Below are positions 1 through 9,013 of a stretch of 64,000 bases of DNA, piece after piece. Numbering within the stretch: position 1 is the stretch's first letter; each line of letters begins with the position of its first letter. This DNA comes from Escherichia phage VerenaGrendelmeier_Bas101. Where the stretch lies: the sequence record PQ850631.1; one strand, written 5' to 3'. The position numbers and the translations under genes are program-made. The notes beneath the pieces were generated by a model. That model was not told the origin of the DNA. It saw only the letters and a list, made by a program, of their open reading frames with translations, and searched no databases.

Positions 1-1428
1 ATGTACCAGTTGAATCCTGCTTTAAAAGAAGTCTGGAAGACAAAAGCGCGATACAAAGTAATATACGGCGGTCGTGCATCTTCCAAATCGCATGATGCCG
101 CTGGTTTTGCTATTTATTTGGCGGCAAACTTCAAATTAAAATTTCTTTGCGTGCGACAATTCCAGAACAAGATTTCTGAATCTGTATATACTCTATTAAA
201 AGACAAAATAGAGATTTCTGATTTCAAAGATGAGTTCAATTTATTAAAGAACTCTATTGAACATAAAAGAACTAAATCTGAATTTCTATTTTACGGTATC
301 GCACGTAACGTTGATGAAATCAAATCAACGGAAGGTGTTGACGTCCTTTGGTTGGAAGAAGCGCACGCGCTTACTGAAGAACAGTGGGACATTATTGAGC
401 CGACAATCCGTAAAGAAGGGTCCGAAATATGGATCATCTTTAACCCTGATGAAGAGGCTGATTTCGTCTACCAAAACTTTGTTATGCGACCGCCGAAGAA
501 TGCCATTGTTAAAAAGATAAACTGGCAAGACAATCCATTTTTGTCGCAAACAATGCTGGACGTTATTGCAGGCATGTACGAGCGTGACCCGAAAAAGGCA
601 GAGCACGTTTATGGCGGCGTGCCGAAGACTGGCGGCGACAAATCTGTAATCAACCGCGCATTCGTTAAGGCCGCTCTTAATCTCCACAAACACCCTACGC
701 TGGGATGGAGTTTGTCAGGGTCTAACCGTATAGGCTTTGACGTAGCGGACGATGGCGACGACCTTAACGCCACTGCATTCGTCACAGGAAACGTATTGCG
801 CGGCATCAAGACTTGGGAAGGTCTGGAAGATGAATTGTTGAAATCGGCAAGCGGAGTTTGGAAAGATGCGCTTACATTTGGCGCTTCTATAACTTATGAC
901 GCCATCGGTGTCGGCGCTTTTGCTGGTTCAAAATTTGATGAACTAAACGAGTATGCAATACATGAAAATCCATCATTTCCAAGAATCGAATTTAATGCGT
1001 TCAACGCGCAAGGGTCTGTTGATGATCCTGATGACGTTTTTCTTGAGCTACCACACGTTGAAATACTCAATAAAGACCATTTCGCAAACATAAAAGCGCA
1101 AAAGTGGACTGAAATTGCAGAGAGATTCAGAAAGACATACGAATATGCAACTGGGCAAGCCGTATATCCGACTGATGAATTGATTTCAATCGACACCGAT
1201 GGTATACCGGAACTTGGGATTCCAGCTTGGACTACTGAAGAGATTGAGACGTTTCTTTTTGAGATGTCAGCGCCGCGCAAAGATACGTCTGTTCTTGGCA
1301 AGTTCAAAGTTGAATCCAAAAAGGATATGGCAAAGCGTGGAGTCAAATCACCTAACAAAGCGGACGCAGCAATCATGGCATTGATGAAACCAATTGTTGC
1401 AGCATCCGGCTTCTTCTCTAACCTTTAA
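1..1428 (+). CDS. terminase large subunit
   Basis: 475-aa ORF starting at window base 1; N-terminal P-loop-like KVIYGGRASSKSHD; directly upstream of portal-like gene. Confidence 0.7.
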   Translation: MYQLNPALKEVWKTKARYKVIYGGRASSKSHDAAGFAIYLAANFKLKFLCVRQFQNKISESVYTLLKDKIEISDFKDEFNLLKNSIEHKRTKSEFLFYGIARNVDEIKSTEGVDVLWLEEAHALTEEQWDIIEPTIRKEGSEIWIIFNPDEEADFVYQNFVMRPPKNAIVKKINWQDNPFLSQTMLDVIAGMYERDPKKAEHVYGGVPKTGGDKSVINRAFVKAALNLHKHPTLGWSLSGSNRIGFDVADDGDDLNATAFVTGNVLRGIKTWEGLEDELLKSASGVWKDALTFGASITYDAIGVGAFAGSKFDELNEYAIHENPSFPRIEFNAFNAQGSVDDPDDVFLELPHVEILNKDHFANIKAQKWTEIAERFRKTYEYATGQAVYPTDELISIDTDGIPELGIPAWTTEEIETFLFEMSAPRKDTSVLGKFKVESKKDMAKRGVKSPNKADAAIMALMKPIVAASGFFSNL

Positions 1429-1431
1429 CAA

Positions 1432-1671
1432 TCAAAGCATTCCGTGCTGAAGGTCAAGCTTTCTTGCGGCAAACGACCTGGCACGGAATCGCTTACCCGC
1501 TCTCACCGCCTGCCGAATCTTCTTTTGCATACACTTACGGTCAAAATCGTTGCGGTCAACGGCTTCGAGTAAATCCCGACGCAAAGCACCTAGTGTCGCC
1601 TTTTCGGATAATTCCACGCCCAGCGCGGCTGCAACGTCTTTCAAAACATCGAGTTCGGTTAACGTTCTCAT
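1432..1671 (-). CDS. hypothetical small protein with basic C-terminus (second gene of minus-strand cassette)
   Basis: 79-aa ORF; start overlaps stop of upstream minus-strand ORF by 4 bp; C-terminus KKIRQAVRAGKRFRAR is Arg/Lys-rich. Confidence 0.4.
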   Translation of the reverse strand: MRTLTELDVLKDVAAALGVELSEKATLGALRRDLLEAVDRNDFDRKCMQKKIRQAVRAGKRFRARSFAARKLDLQHGML

Positions 1672-2084
1672 TTGATGATCCCCTTGATGTCTGATTCTGC
1701 CATAAAGATTGGAGTGCCGCCGCCGGGAACAATCGAGCGCGTTACTTTGTCGAACATATCGTTCTCTTCAACTTGAATACGATAAAATTTATTTTTGGAT
1801 GAAGATGGGCACAATCCAATAAATTTACCAATGCCGCGAACGCATTCATCTTCAAAGTATACTGTTTCGCCTTGAATGGATTCGATGTTTTCAACCGGAT
1901 ACACCTTGCGACCTAAAAGCCACTCATCCATGGTCGCCTGCAACACGTTTCGCGCATCCAAAATCCAAGGGTCAACTGTGGCACCTTCATATCGCGCAGC
2001 AGTGGCTTTTGCCAGCTCTTCATATTCGCATACGTTTACCACTTCGCCTTGATGAAGGACGACAAATACAATTGTTGTGCTCAT
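1668..2084 (-). CDS. hypothetical protein (first gene of minus-strand cassette)
   Basis: 138-aa ORF; AAAGGAG RBS 7 nt upstream of ATG; transcribed opposite to flanking late genes. Confidence 0.45.
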   Translation of the reverse strand: MSTTIVFVVLHQGEVVNVCEYEELAKATAARYEGATVDPWILDARNVLQATMDEWLLGRKVYPVENIESIQGETVYFEDECVRGIGKFIGLCPSSSKNKFYRIQVEENDMFDKVTRSIVPGGGTPIFMAESDIKGIIK

Positions 2085-2112
2085 TTCAATCTCCTTTCGT
2101 TTGGTTAACTAA

Positions 2113-2140
2113 AATATAACTCAAAATGATACAAAAGCAA
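2113..2140 (-). promoter_or_regulatory. sigma70-like promoter (TTGCTT-16-TATATT) for minus-strand cassette
   Basis: read on minus strand: TTGCTT, 16-bp spacer, TATATT, about 30 nt upstream of the RBS of 1668..2084. Confidence 0.45.
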
Positions 2141-2179
2141 AATATTTTATGAACTATTTATGATTACTATACATATCAT

Positions 2180-2208
2180 TTGCTTACAAACACATGAATA
2201 TTTATAAT
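2180..2208 (+). promoter_or_regulatory. sigma70-like promoter (TTGCTT-17-TATAAT) upstream of portal gene
   Basis: -35 TTGCTT 2180-2185, 17-bp spacer, -10 TATAAT 2203-2208. Confidence 0.5.
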
Positions 2209-2246
2209 ATAGATTGATTCCCTTTCACTGTCAGGTGGCGTTAACA

Positions 2247-4622
2247 ATGAAAATTCTTGGCATAAAACTCTGGGAGAAGACGCAACCAGAAGCCGAACCA
2301 GCGGAGATGCCGCCAGGCGACCCATTGGCACCGTTTGAACGCCTGGAAAGGCGCGGCAGCGGCCAACGCTGGGATAAGACCGAAAGCAACCGCCCGACCT
2401 TTAAAACCGTTGATGACTTTCCTTTATATGAGCCTGATATCAACGGGGACGGTGTTGCAATCATTAAAGGTCGCTCAGTAGATTCAGCAACCGTATCCAA
2501 AAAAGTTATGGATAATGCCTTAAAGAACATAAGTTCAGAAGGGCAGGTGAATCCATACACAGTCCCTATTCAGTTGCAAAACTGGTACTTATCGCAATCA
2601 TTTATCGGATATCAAGCTTGCGCCATCATCGCGCAGCACTGGCTAGTGAACAAGGCTTGTTCCATGGTAGGCCGCGATGCGGTCCGTAAAGGCTGGGAAG
2701 TCAAATCCAGCTCTGAGTCGGAATTGTCAGTACAGGCAAGCGAACGCCTAAAGCAAATTGATAAAGAATTTAATATCAAAGAGCACTTAGTTGAAGCCGA
2801 ACGATTCAAGAATATTTTTGGCATCCGCGTCATCATATTTGATGTGCGCAGTGATGACCCAGAATATTATAGCAAACCTTTTAACATCGATGGCGTGACA
2901 AAGGGGTCTTATAAGGGAATCATTCAGGTTGACCCTTATTGGATGATGCCATTCTTGACATCTGAAAACACTGCAGACCCTGCATCACAGCATTTTTATG
3001 ATCCAGAATATTGGGTGATCAGCGGACAACGTTATCACCGCAGCCACCTCATAATCTTGCGCAACGATGAGCCAGCTGATATTCTCAAGCCGACTTATAT
3101 CTATGGCGGCATTCCTTTGACTCAGCAGATTTATGAACGTATCTATGCCGCTGAACGTACCGCTAACGAAGCTCCATTGCTGGCGATGTCTAAGCGTACA
3201 ACCACGCTGCGGACCGACGTTGACAAGGCGATTGCCAATGAGCGGTCGTTTGCCGAACGTTTGATGATGTGGATTAAGTACCGCGACAACTATGCGGTAA
3301 AAGTACTTGGTCAGAAAGAAGAGATGGACCAGTTTGACATCAACTTGTCAGACTTCGACAGCATCATCATGAACCAGTACCAGCTGGTGGCCGCAATCGC
3401 AAAAGTTCCGTCGACAAAACTGTTAGGGACGTCACCTAAAGGCTTTAACGCCACTGGTGAGTTCGAAATGGTCAGCTATCACGAAGAATTGGAGACTTGT
3501 CAGCAGCACGATTTGACGAAGATTCTTGACCGTCACTACAAAATCCTTTTGAAATCTGAAGGTGTTGAAGTCGACGTTAAAGTGGCATGGGAGCCAGTTG
3601 GTTCACTTACTGCTACTCAACTTGCAGAGATTAACGACAAACGAGCGAATACTGGTAAGACTCTCATTGATGCTGGCGTCATCTCCCCTGATGAAGAGCG
3701 CGACCGCATCAAAGACGACAAAAACAGCGGCTACAACCGTTTGCCAGAAGATACAGCAGAAGAAACCCCAGGGATGTCTCCAGAGAATATGGCATTGCTT
3801 GGCAAGTCCGCTGGTGAAGTTCTGCAAGGTAAGGCCGATATTGAACAGGCTAAGGCTGATGTTGTCAAGATGGGCGGCCAGTTCTATAGCGAGACTGGTA
3901 TCATGCCGGAAGGTGCCGCGCGCGGTGAGTTGGCAGAAAACCCTGACAGGGCACCAGTTGAGATTAACATGGATGATACCGATGACGAATCAAGCCATCA
4001 CGTTGATGTTCTAACGCAACTTAAAGAGGGTCTGGAGGGTATTGCTGACTATTACCTTAAAGAAGGTCAGGACGTGGATTTTGACCCTCAAAAAGATGCA
4101 AGGTCGGTGCAACCGTCTACGCTTCCAAGCGTAAAAGGAAATGTCGTAAACTTGCGACACAATGTAGGGAAGATGGATGCCGCATCGCTGCCTAAGATGA
4201 AGTTGCACGGGATGATTCTTGGTATTGAGAATCCTCGCAACAGCATTCGCAGGGGTAACAGTCTTGATGGTGAATGGGCAGTTAAGATGCCGCACCATTA
4301 CGGATTCATCAAAGGAACCAAGGGTGCTGATGGTGATGAAGTCGACTGCTTTGTTGGACCAAATATGAAGTCGCCTAAAGTATTCATCATTAACCAAAAT
4401 GATAATTATTCTGGCGAATTTGATGAACACAAGTGTATGCTTGGATTCGATTCAGCAGAAGAAGCGAAAGAAGCTTATCAGGCATCATTTGGTAACGGTT
4501 GGAATGGATTCGACTCAATCCACGAATTGGATGTAGACTCATTCAAGGAGTGGTTGAAGGGTGATTGCTCTCAAGCATATGGAGCACTCAATAATCCTAC
4601 TAATTCACCGAAGCAAGGTTGA
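2247..4622 (+). CDS. portal-like protein with C-terminal inorganic-pyrophosphatase-like domain
   Basis: large ORF after terminase; start moved to ATG 2247 behind AGGTGG RBS; C-terminal HHYGFIKGT..DGDEVDCFV and AEEAKEAYQASF resemble family I PPase. Confidence 0.55.
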   Translation: MKILGIKLWEKTQPEAEPAEMPPGDPLAPFERLERRGSGQRWDKTESNRPTFKTVDDFPLYEPDINGDGVAIIKGRSVDSATVSKKVMDNALKNISSEGQVNPYTVPIQLQNWYLSQSFIGYQACAIIAQHWLVNKACSMVGRDAVRKGWEVKSSSESELSVQASERLKQIDKEFNIKEHLVEAERFKNIFGIRVIIFDVRSDDPEYYSKPFNIDGVTKGSYKGIIQVDPYWMMPFLTSENTADPASQHFYDPEYWVISGQRYHRSHLIILRNDEPADILKPTYIYGGIPLTQQIYERIYAAERTANEAPLLAMSKRTTTLRTDVDKAIANERSFAERLMMWIKYRDNYAVKVLGQKEEMDQFDINLSDFDSIIMNQYQLVAAIAKVPSTKLLGTSPKGFNATGEFEMVSYHEELETCQQHDLTKILDRHYKILLKSEGVEVDVKVAWEPVGSLTATQLAEINDKRANTGKTLIDAGVISPDEERDRIKDDKNSGYNRLPEDTAEETPGMSPENMALLGKSAGEVLQGKADIEQAKADVVKMGGQFYSETGIMPEGAARGELAENPDRAPVEINMDDTDDESSHHVDVLTQLKEGLEGIADYYLKEGQDVDFDPQKDARSVQPSTLPSVKGNVVNLRHNVGKMDAASLPKMKLHGMILGIENPRNSIRRGNSLDGEWAVKMPHHYGFIKGTKGADGDEVDCFVGPNMKSPKVFIINQNDNYSGEFDEHKCMLGFDSAEEAKEAYQASFGNGWNGFDSIHELDVDSFKEWLKGDCSQAYGALNNPTNSPKQG

Positions 4623-4623
4623 T

Positions 4624-5475
4624 ATGGCTTTTAAAGCTTCGAAAAAACGTGAACGCCGCTCACCCGATAGAATCGGGCGCGGCAGTCCGATAATCCCATC
4701 CAACGCTATTGCGATGGCCTATCGTCGTGAGATGAAAGGTCTTTGCTATGCGATGATTGACGACTATCAAGCAGGAATTGCTGAGTGGCTTGAAAAGAAG
4801 CAGGTGAAAAAGTTCTTTGCGCAAGACTCTGCTGATTCAACTTTTCAGACCTTGATGAAGCGCCTTCAACTGAAATGGGCAAAAGCATTCGCCCGTGTTG
4901 GGTCAAAGATTGCTGCAGATTTCATCAAGTCAGTTGAAAAGGGTGCGACTTCTGCTACATTCGCAAGTCTTAAATCTGCAGGAATAGAAGCGCCAAAAGC
5001 CACATATAATAAATTCGTTGAGAACACTCTTAAAACAAGCGAGACGTTCAACACGACTCTAGTGACTAAGGTTGGCGAGGATATTCACAACAGGGTGTAC
5101 GAAGCGGTGATGCTTTCGCTGACTTCGCCAGACCCAGCGCAGCAAGGCACATCCGGCATTCAGGCGGCACTAAGGAATGTAAAACAATTCTCTGCAAAAC
5201 GCGTAGACCTTATCGCCAAAGACCAAACGAGCAAACTTTATTGCGTATTAAGTGATGAAAGGATGCGACAGAATGGCGTTGAGGAATTTGAGTGGGCGCA
5301 TTCAGGAGCAGGCAAAGAGCCGCGAATATCACATGAGCACGTCGACGGCATGAGATTCAAGCTTGATGACAAACGCTTATGGGAAGTAGGTGGAGAACTT
5401 AAGTTCAAAAAGGGTGACATCGGTCCTCCTGGATGGGCAATACACTGCAAGTGCAGAAAAATACCAATTATCTGA
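4624..5475 (+). CDS. head morphogenesis protein (MuF / SPP1 gp7-like)
   Basis: follows portal; start taken at ATG 4624 just after portal stop; family assignment from position and C-terminal region, not searched. Confidence 0.5.
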   Translation: MAFKASKKRERRSPDRIGRGSPIIPSNAIAMAYRREMKGLCYAMIDDYQAGIAEWLEKKQVKKFFAQDSADSTFQTLMKRLQLKWAKAFARVGSKIAADFIKSVEKGATSATFASLKSAGIEAPKATYNKFVENTLKTSETFNTTLVTKVGEDIHNRVYEAVMLSLTSPDPAQQGTSGIQAALRNVKQFSAKRVDLIAKDQTSKLYCVLSDERMRQNGVEEFEWAHSGAGKEPRISHEHVDGMRFKLDDKRLWEVGGELKFKKGDIGPPGWAIHCKCRKIPII

Positions 5476-5482
5476 GGTCATT

Positions 5483-6403
5483 ATGACGATACCAATCAAC
5501 ACATTCCCTCTATCTGGACAAACTCCAGTCTTGCCTGCGGTGTATGCTAATGGCTTGGCAATTGTCTCAGAATTCACTTCTGATAAAAACTTGATTGTTC
5601 CACTGAGCCCGCCGCTTGCATCAGGGTATAACTCAGTAGGTCAATTCTTTATGATTGGCAATGATGGCGATTCGACCAGCAAGCCTAACCTGACATTGTC
5701 TGTGCCTAAGATGAACATCACAGACGTTCAAACTGGCTTGACTGCATCAACAATCACCATTGCTTTTGGTGAAGCAGTGATCATAGGTATGGAGTCTGGA
5801 GGGTCGAAAAACGCTGTCGCAGTCAAAGTTGTGAAAACCAGCGGCAACCAATACACGTTACCAGCGGCAACAGCTTCCGTTCTTGGTGGCGTCAAAATAG
5901 GCACCGGAATAAGCGTAGCAGGTGATGGTACAATCAGCGTCACCCAATACTCATTGCCGATTGCCTCAGCATCTACTTTAGGCGGCGTAAAGGTCGGTAC
6001 AACTCTATCAATTGATGGGTCTGGTGTGCTTAATGCAGCAGCAAGTACCGTCCAGAATGCCACTAATAGCGTCAGCAATCCTCCAACAACTTTGGTCAAT
6101 CTGGCAACCTTAAACCTTCCTGCAGGGAAATGGCTTGTAACAGCAAGTCAGTTGACTGTCGCGACAGCAGGCGTTCAAGCGAATACCGGAATTACAGTCA
6201 AATTGTCAACAAGCAATTCAGATATTACGGATGATGCATTTGCCATGTCAGCTGGAATTCGGGCTGCAGGTCGCTTCGGCGGCAACATCCCAACAAAAGT
6301 AATTACTCTTGCCGCGCCTGGTAATGTGTATTTAAACTATCAGTGCACCGACGCGTTGACATCTACCGTTTACGGACAGATCACCGCAATTAAGCTGAAC
6401 TAA
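5483..6403 (+). CDS. structural protein with internal tandem repeats
   Basis: start moved to ATG 5483 behind GAGG; two about 30-aa repeats containing LGGVK(I/V)GT. Confidence 0.45.
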   Translation: MTIPINTFPLSGQTPVLPAVYANGLAIVSEFTSDKNLIVPLSPPLASGYNSVGQFFMIGNDGDSTSKPNLTLSVPKMNITDVQTGLTASTITIAFGEAVIIGMESGGSKNAVAVKVVKTSGNQYTLPAATASVLGGVKIGTGISVAGDGTISVTQYSLPIASASTLGGVKVGTTLSIDGSGVLNAAASTVQNATNSVSNPPTTLVNLATLNLPAGKWLVTASQLTVATAGVQANTGITVKLSTSNSDITDDAFAMSAGIRAAGRFGGNIPTKVITLAAPGNVYLNYQCTDALTSTVYGQITAIKLN

Positions 6404-6413
6404 AGAGGAAGTT

Positions 6414-6551
6414 ATGCAAAAGATTATTCAGTCACGTTATGTTAAAGTGCGAAATATTAATTGCAACTCTTTGCTTTCTTGGAAATGGGCTGTTTATGAC
6501 TCGATGTTGATTGGCGTTTTAGTGGCAGGAGTGCTATTTAATATTCACTGA
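6414..6551 (+). CDS. small putative membrane peptide (45 aa)
   Basis: AGAGGAAG RBS then ATG 6414; hydrophobic stretch MLIGVLVAGVLF; not in ORF track (under 60 aa). Confidence 0.3.
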   Translation: MQKIIQSRYVKVRNINCNSLLSWKWAVYDSMLIGVLVAGVLFNIH

Positions 6552-6584
6552 ATTCATCGGCAAAGGATTGCCGCGAGTTTTATA

Positions 6585-6850
6585 CGTATAATGACGTATC
6601 ATCCGTATCAAGTAAGTTGTTGTTTTCAAAAGAATCTTACGGATGATACGCGTTGCCGCCGTACCATATAGGAATTCAAATAAATTAATTTAAAATTATA
6701 TATCTAATTTAATTTTATTTTTTTATAAACTCTTATATATGAAAAGTATCCGTATCATCCGTATCATCCGTAGCACACCAGTGATAGCGCGACTTATACA
6801 CCGATACGGATAAAAATACGCCTCATTTTATCCGTATCATCCGTATCACA
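6585..6850. repeat. control region A: conserved 14-mer CGTATAATGACGTA, 9-bp ATCCGTATC iterons and AT-rich tract
   Basis: 14-mer at 6585-6598; iterons at 6597-6610, 6637-6666 (inverted), 6748-6773 (three tandem units), 6803-6812, 6828-6848; AT-rich 6670-6745. Confidence 0.6.
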
Positions 6851-6905
6851 CTAATAAAGGCGCGGCTATATCGGTTGTTATACATATTCAAACCATAATT
6901 ATTGT

Positions 6906-6934
6906 TTGCCTAAGTTTTTTTCATTAGATATAAT
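6906..6934 (+). promoter_or_regulatory. sigma70-like promoter (TTGCCT-17-TATAAT) for head/tail operon
   Basis: -35 TTGCCT 6906-6911, -10 TATAAT 6929-6934, 24 nt upstream of the start of 6958..8379. Confidence 0.5.
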
Positions 6935-6957
6935 ACACAATACTTATTTGAGGGTGG

Positions 6958-8379
6958 ATGCGAATGCAAACGGCACGCGAAATTGACAAAAATGGATTCT
7001 TGACGATTATGGGTTGTCCAATTTCGTCATTTGGCATTTTTGATTATTCTGCTGGTCAAGTTGGTCTTGATGGTGATCCGAATCGCATCGTAAAAGTCTA
7101 TCGCCCTGAGTCAGCGGTGAAAGACCCCGAAGCGATAGATTCATTCAAAAATATCCCTTTCATCGACAATCACGAAATGCTTTCTGGATTTGAAGGTGAT
7201 GAGGATAACACGGCACCCGAAGAGTATGGTGTCGATGGCGTTCTAACTGGCAATGTTTATTATGACAAGCCATGGATGCGCGGCGACCTTAAAGTGTTCA
7301 GCCGTCGTCTTAAGAAGGCCATTGATTCTGGAAAGGTTGACTTGTCTTTGGGCTATGACTGTGAATTCATCATACAGTCTGGAGAGTTTGACGGGCAGCC
7401 GTATGAAGTGGTGCAGACAACTCTTCGCGGCAACCACATTGCTCTCGTGGACGTTGGTCGAGTACCAGGTGCACGGGTGCTGGATGGTCGTTGCTTTGAC
7501 CATCTTTGTTTGACGACTGTAACACCATCCAACGAGGATTTAGACATGCCAAAACCGTTAAAAGGTAAAGCGCGTGATAATGCTGTTGAACAGCTGAAAT
7601 CACTGATCCCTGCGCTCGAACAATTTCTGAATGAAGAGAGTGCTGAAGCTGCTCATCAGGACGAAGTTGAAGTGAAAGCAGAAGAGAAGGACTCAACCGA
7701 AAATCGTGAAGAAGTAATGGTTGATCCAGAAGTCAAGGCAGAAGCAGAAGAAACCCCAGAAGGTGAAGAGAAGTTTGAAGTTGAAACTGAATCTCACGCT
7801 GACGGCGAACTTCCGCAATTGATCAGCCAAATCGAAGCACTTATTGCAAAACTGAAAGGTGGCGCGGTAGGTGATGAAGAAGAAGTTGAAGCCGAAGTCA
7901 AAGACGAAGAAGAAGTTGAAGTCAAGGCTGAAGATGTATCACCTTGCGACAAAGCTGAAGATGTGGTTAGCGGCCTGCAAAACAGCAACGTAAAGGGGGC
8001 TTCGGTCGAAAAAGATGACAAACCGACAAAAGCGGCGAAAGCGTCGCCAGGTCCAGCAAAAGGGGAACACTCAATGGCATCTGATTCAGCAGTTGCTGCT
8101 TTCTACGCTGATTCTGCTCGTAAGAATAGCCTCTACCAGCGCCTGTCTAAAGTTGTTGGTGCCTTTGATCATGCAACTATGGACTCCAAGTCCGTAGCGA
8201 AATATGGCGCTAAAAAGTTAGGCTTGAAGTGCGTTGATGGTGCTGAGTTTGACGTGGTGGATAATTATCTGCGCGGCGTTGAGCACGGTCAAAAACAGCG
8301 TGTAGTCGCAAAACAAAAGGCCGCTGCGGATTCTGCAGCAACTGACGAAGCATTTGAAGCTTGGTTGAAAGGGGAATAA
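6958..8379 (+). CDS. putative scaffolding / prohead core protein
   Basis: 473 aa; globular N-terminal half, then highly acidic E/V/K-rich repeats (EEVEAEVKDEEEVEVKAED); lies between head-morphogenesis and capsid genes. Confidence 0.45.
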   Translation: MRMQTAREIDKNGFLTIMGCPISSFGIFDYSAGQVGLDGDPNRIVKVYRPESAVKDPEAIDSFKNIPFIDNHEMLSGFEGDEDNTAPEEYGVDGVLTGNVYYDKPWMRGDLKVFSRRLKKAIDSGKVDLSLGYDCEFIIQSGEFDGQPYEVVQTTLRGNHIALVDVGRVPGARVLDGRCFDHLCLTTVTPSNEDLDMPKPLKGKARDNAVEQLKSLIPALEQFLNEESAEAAHQDEVEVKAEEKDSTENREEVMVDPEVKAEAEETPEGEEKFEVETESHADGELPQLISQIEALIAKLKGGAVGDEEEVEAEVKDEEEVEVKAEDVSPCDKAEDVVSGLQNSNVKGASVEKDDKPTKAAKASPGPAKGEHSMASDSAVAAFYADSARKNSLYQRLSKVVGAFDHATMDSKSVAKYGAKKLGLKCVDGAEFDVVDNYLRGVEHGQKQRVVAKQKAAADSAATDEAFEAWLKGE

Positions 8380-8381
8380 AC

Positions 8382-8999
8382 ATGATTTTCCAAACTAGTG
8401 TAGGCCGTCAATATACAACTGGCTTTCCTGGCGACATCGTTCGCGACGGCCCACAGCGTGGGAAGCCAGGCCGAATCGTTAGCGCCAACGACGGTGCAAA
8501 CGTAAACGCCATCAGCCGTGTGTTTGGTTTTAAGGCTGACGTGTCATTAATGGGTACTGGCCAAACCAAAACCTTGGGCGCGCAGGACTTTGAAGTTGAA
8601 CTGGGCGGCACCAATTACTATGGCATCCTTGGCAACAGCAAGCGTTACGCTCTGTATGGCAACTCTACTGGTCCTTTGGGTGCCAGCATGGTTCTGCCTC
8701 AATATAGCGAAGGCGAGTTCTATGATATGTGCACGGGCCTCGTAGTTGAAGTATTCAACCCAAGCACCAGTCCGCAGACGCTGAACTACGGCGACCTGCT
8801 CGCTTATGTACCTAAAGGCATTTCCAGCGGTAACAACCCGAACAACTTGCCTATCGGTGCAATTATCGCCTATACTGGCTCACTGCCAACTGGCATGGTT
8901 GCCATTCCAGGCGGTATCGTGATTGACCCGACTGCTATTGCCCTTTCCGGCCCAAGCGTCCAGTCTTCCACTTATACCATTGTACAATTGACTCGTTAA
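8382..8999 (+). CDS. hypothetical head-associated protein
   Basis: start moved to ATG 8382 behind AAAGGGGA; Gly/Ser/Thr-rich; between scaffold-like and capsid-like genes. Confidence 0.45.
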   Translation: MIFQTSVGRQYTTGFPGDIVRDGPQRGKPGRIVSANDGANVNAISRVFGFKADVSLMGTGQTKTLGAQDFEVELGGTNYYGILGNSKRYALYGNSTGPLGASMVLPQYSEGEFYDMCTGLVVEVFNPSTSPQTLNYGDLLAYVPKGISSGNNPNNLPIGAIIAYTGSLPTGMVAIPGGIVIDPTAIALSGPSVQSSTYTIVQLTR

Positions 9000-9013
9000 T
9001 AGGCAGGTGAATA

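Noticed and set aside
6585-6850. Possible CRISPR array, given the short direct repeats
   Set aside because: Repeat units are only 9-10 bp, irregularly spaced, in both orientations and without spacer periodicity; no cas genes are present.
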